IMG/VR virus record: IMGVR_UViG_3300035542_000075
Coordinates: 1-46,407 of that record
Origin: a virus
Taxonomy: Duplodnaviria; Caudoviricetes
DNA: 46,407 nt
Direction: 5' to 3' (one strand)
This document shows, one piece after another, positions 46,118-46,407 of the stretch (within the stretch, counting starts at the first letter, position 1; the number at the start of each line of letters is the position of its first letter). Position numbers and translations under genes: made by a program. The notes under the pieces are model-generated. The model did no database searches, was not told the origin of the DNA, and saw nothing but the letters and a program-made list of their open reading frames with translations.

Positions 46118-46407
46118 TTATATAACCCCAACCCTTCCAGAGTTGAGAATGTCTGCTGTGAGTAATTGACCGGGGATTCTGTTGCCACTGCTGGTGGGAT
46201 TGTCCCAATAGACGAGTTTGCCTCCAGCCCAACAGTTGTCCTGTCCCCAATACACATCGACCACCGCTGTGCCTCTGTTTGCATAGGCGTACCCCCTATA
46301 CCATCCAGGACCATAGCTGTAGCTTTGAATATAGATTGTCCTTTCATAAGTGCGGTTGGTAGTATCTGCTCCACTCCACAAACCAACTCTAGAGACCACT
46401 CCTGCCG
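46118..46407 (-). CDS. C-terminus of a probable tail fibre/virion protein (truncated by the window edge)
   Basis: G/W/Y/N-rich beta-type sequence upstream of the lysis genes. Confidence 0.45.
   Translation of the reverse strand, partial: AGVVSRVGLWSGADTTNRTYERTIYIQSYSYGPGWYRGYAYANRGTAVVDVYWGQDNCWAGGKLVYWDNPTSSGNRIPGQLLTADILNSGRVGVI

Larger units (their letters stand above)
127..46407. mobile_element. Temperate podovirus-like prophage (BPP-1/T7-like virion module); right end lies beyond the window
   Basis: tRNA-adjacent integrase, CI/Cro switch, recombination genes, terS/terL, head-tail connector, capsid, tail tubular proteins, ejection proteins and spanins; no tape-measure or sheath gene. 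Confidence 0.93.

Overview
The window is almost entirely one temperate prophage integrated next to a tRNA-Leu(CAA) gene (43-126). Left to right: a tyrosine integrase with a duplicated N-terminal domain; a long leftward early/recombination operon (MazG-like, NinG, SSB, NinB, ERF, PD-(D/E)XK nuclease, DUF4373-like initiator); a CI/Cro-type switch; a second leftward operon of anti-defence-type genes (ArdC, RadC/JAB, YubB-like) behind a strong promoter and a ~650-nt ORF-free structured leader; a podovirus (BPP-1/T7-like) packaging, head, short-tail and ejection module ending in a 2858-aa polyvalent protein; an AT-rich moron block (type II R-M pair, HEPN-motif protein); and an inverted lysis/tail-fibre cassette running off the right edge. 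The standout is at 4038-5637: an array of about 21 ~36-nt units, each with two alternating 10-nt repeats and two 7-9-nt variable spacers, directly upstream of a nuclease-less IS110/Nop-domain protein. This matches a TIGR-Tas (TasA-type) RNA-guided system. Other notable signals are tRNA-minihelix elements between genes, a candidate large ncRNA, an RHH-type operator circuit, a cassette-like polyvalent protein with a nested overprinted gene, and a lipase where an endolysin is expected. All family calls are from motif recognition by eye; no database search was run and the host cannot be named.
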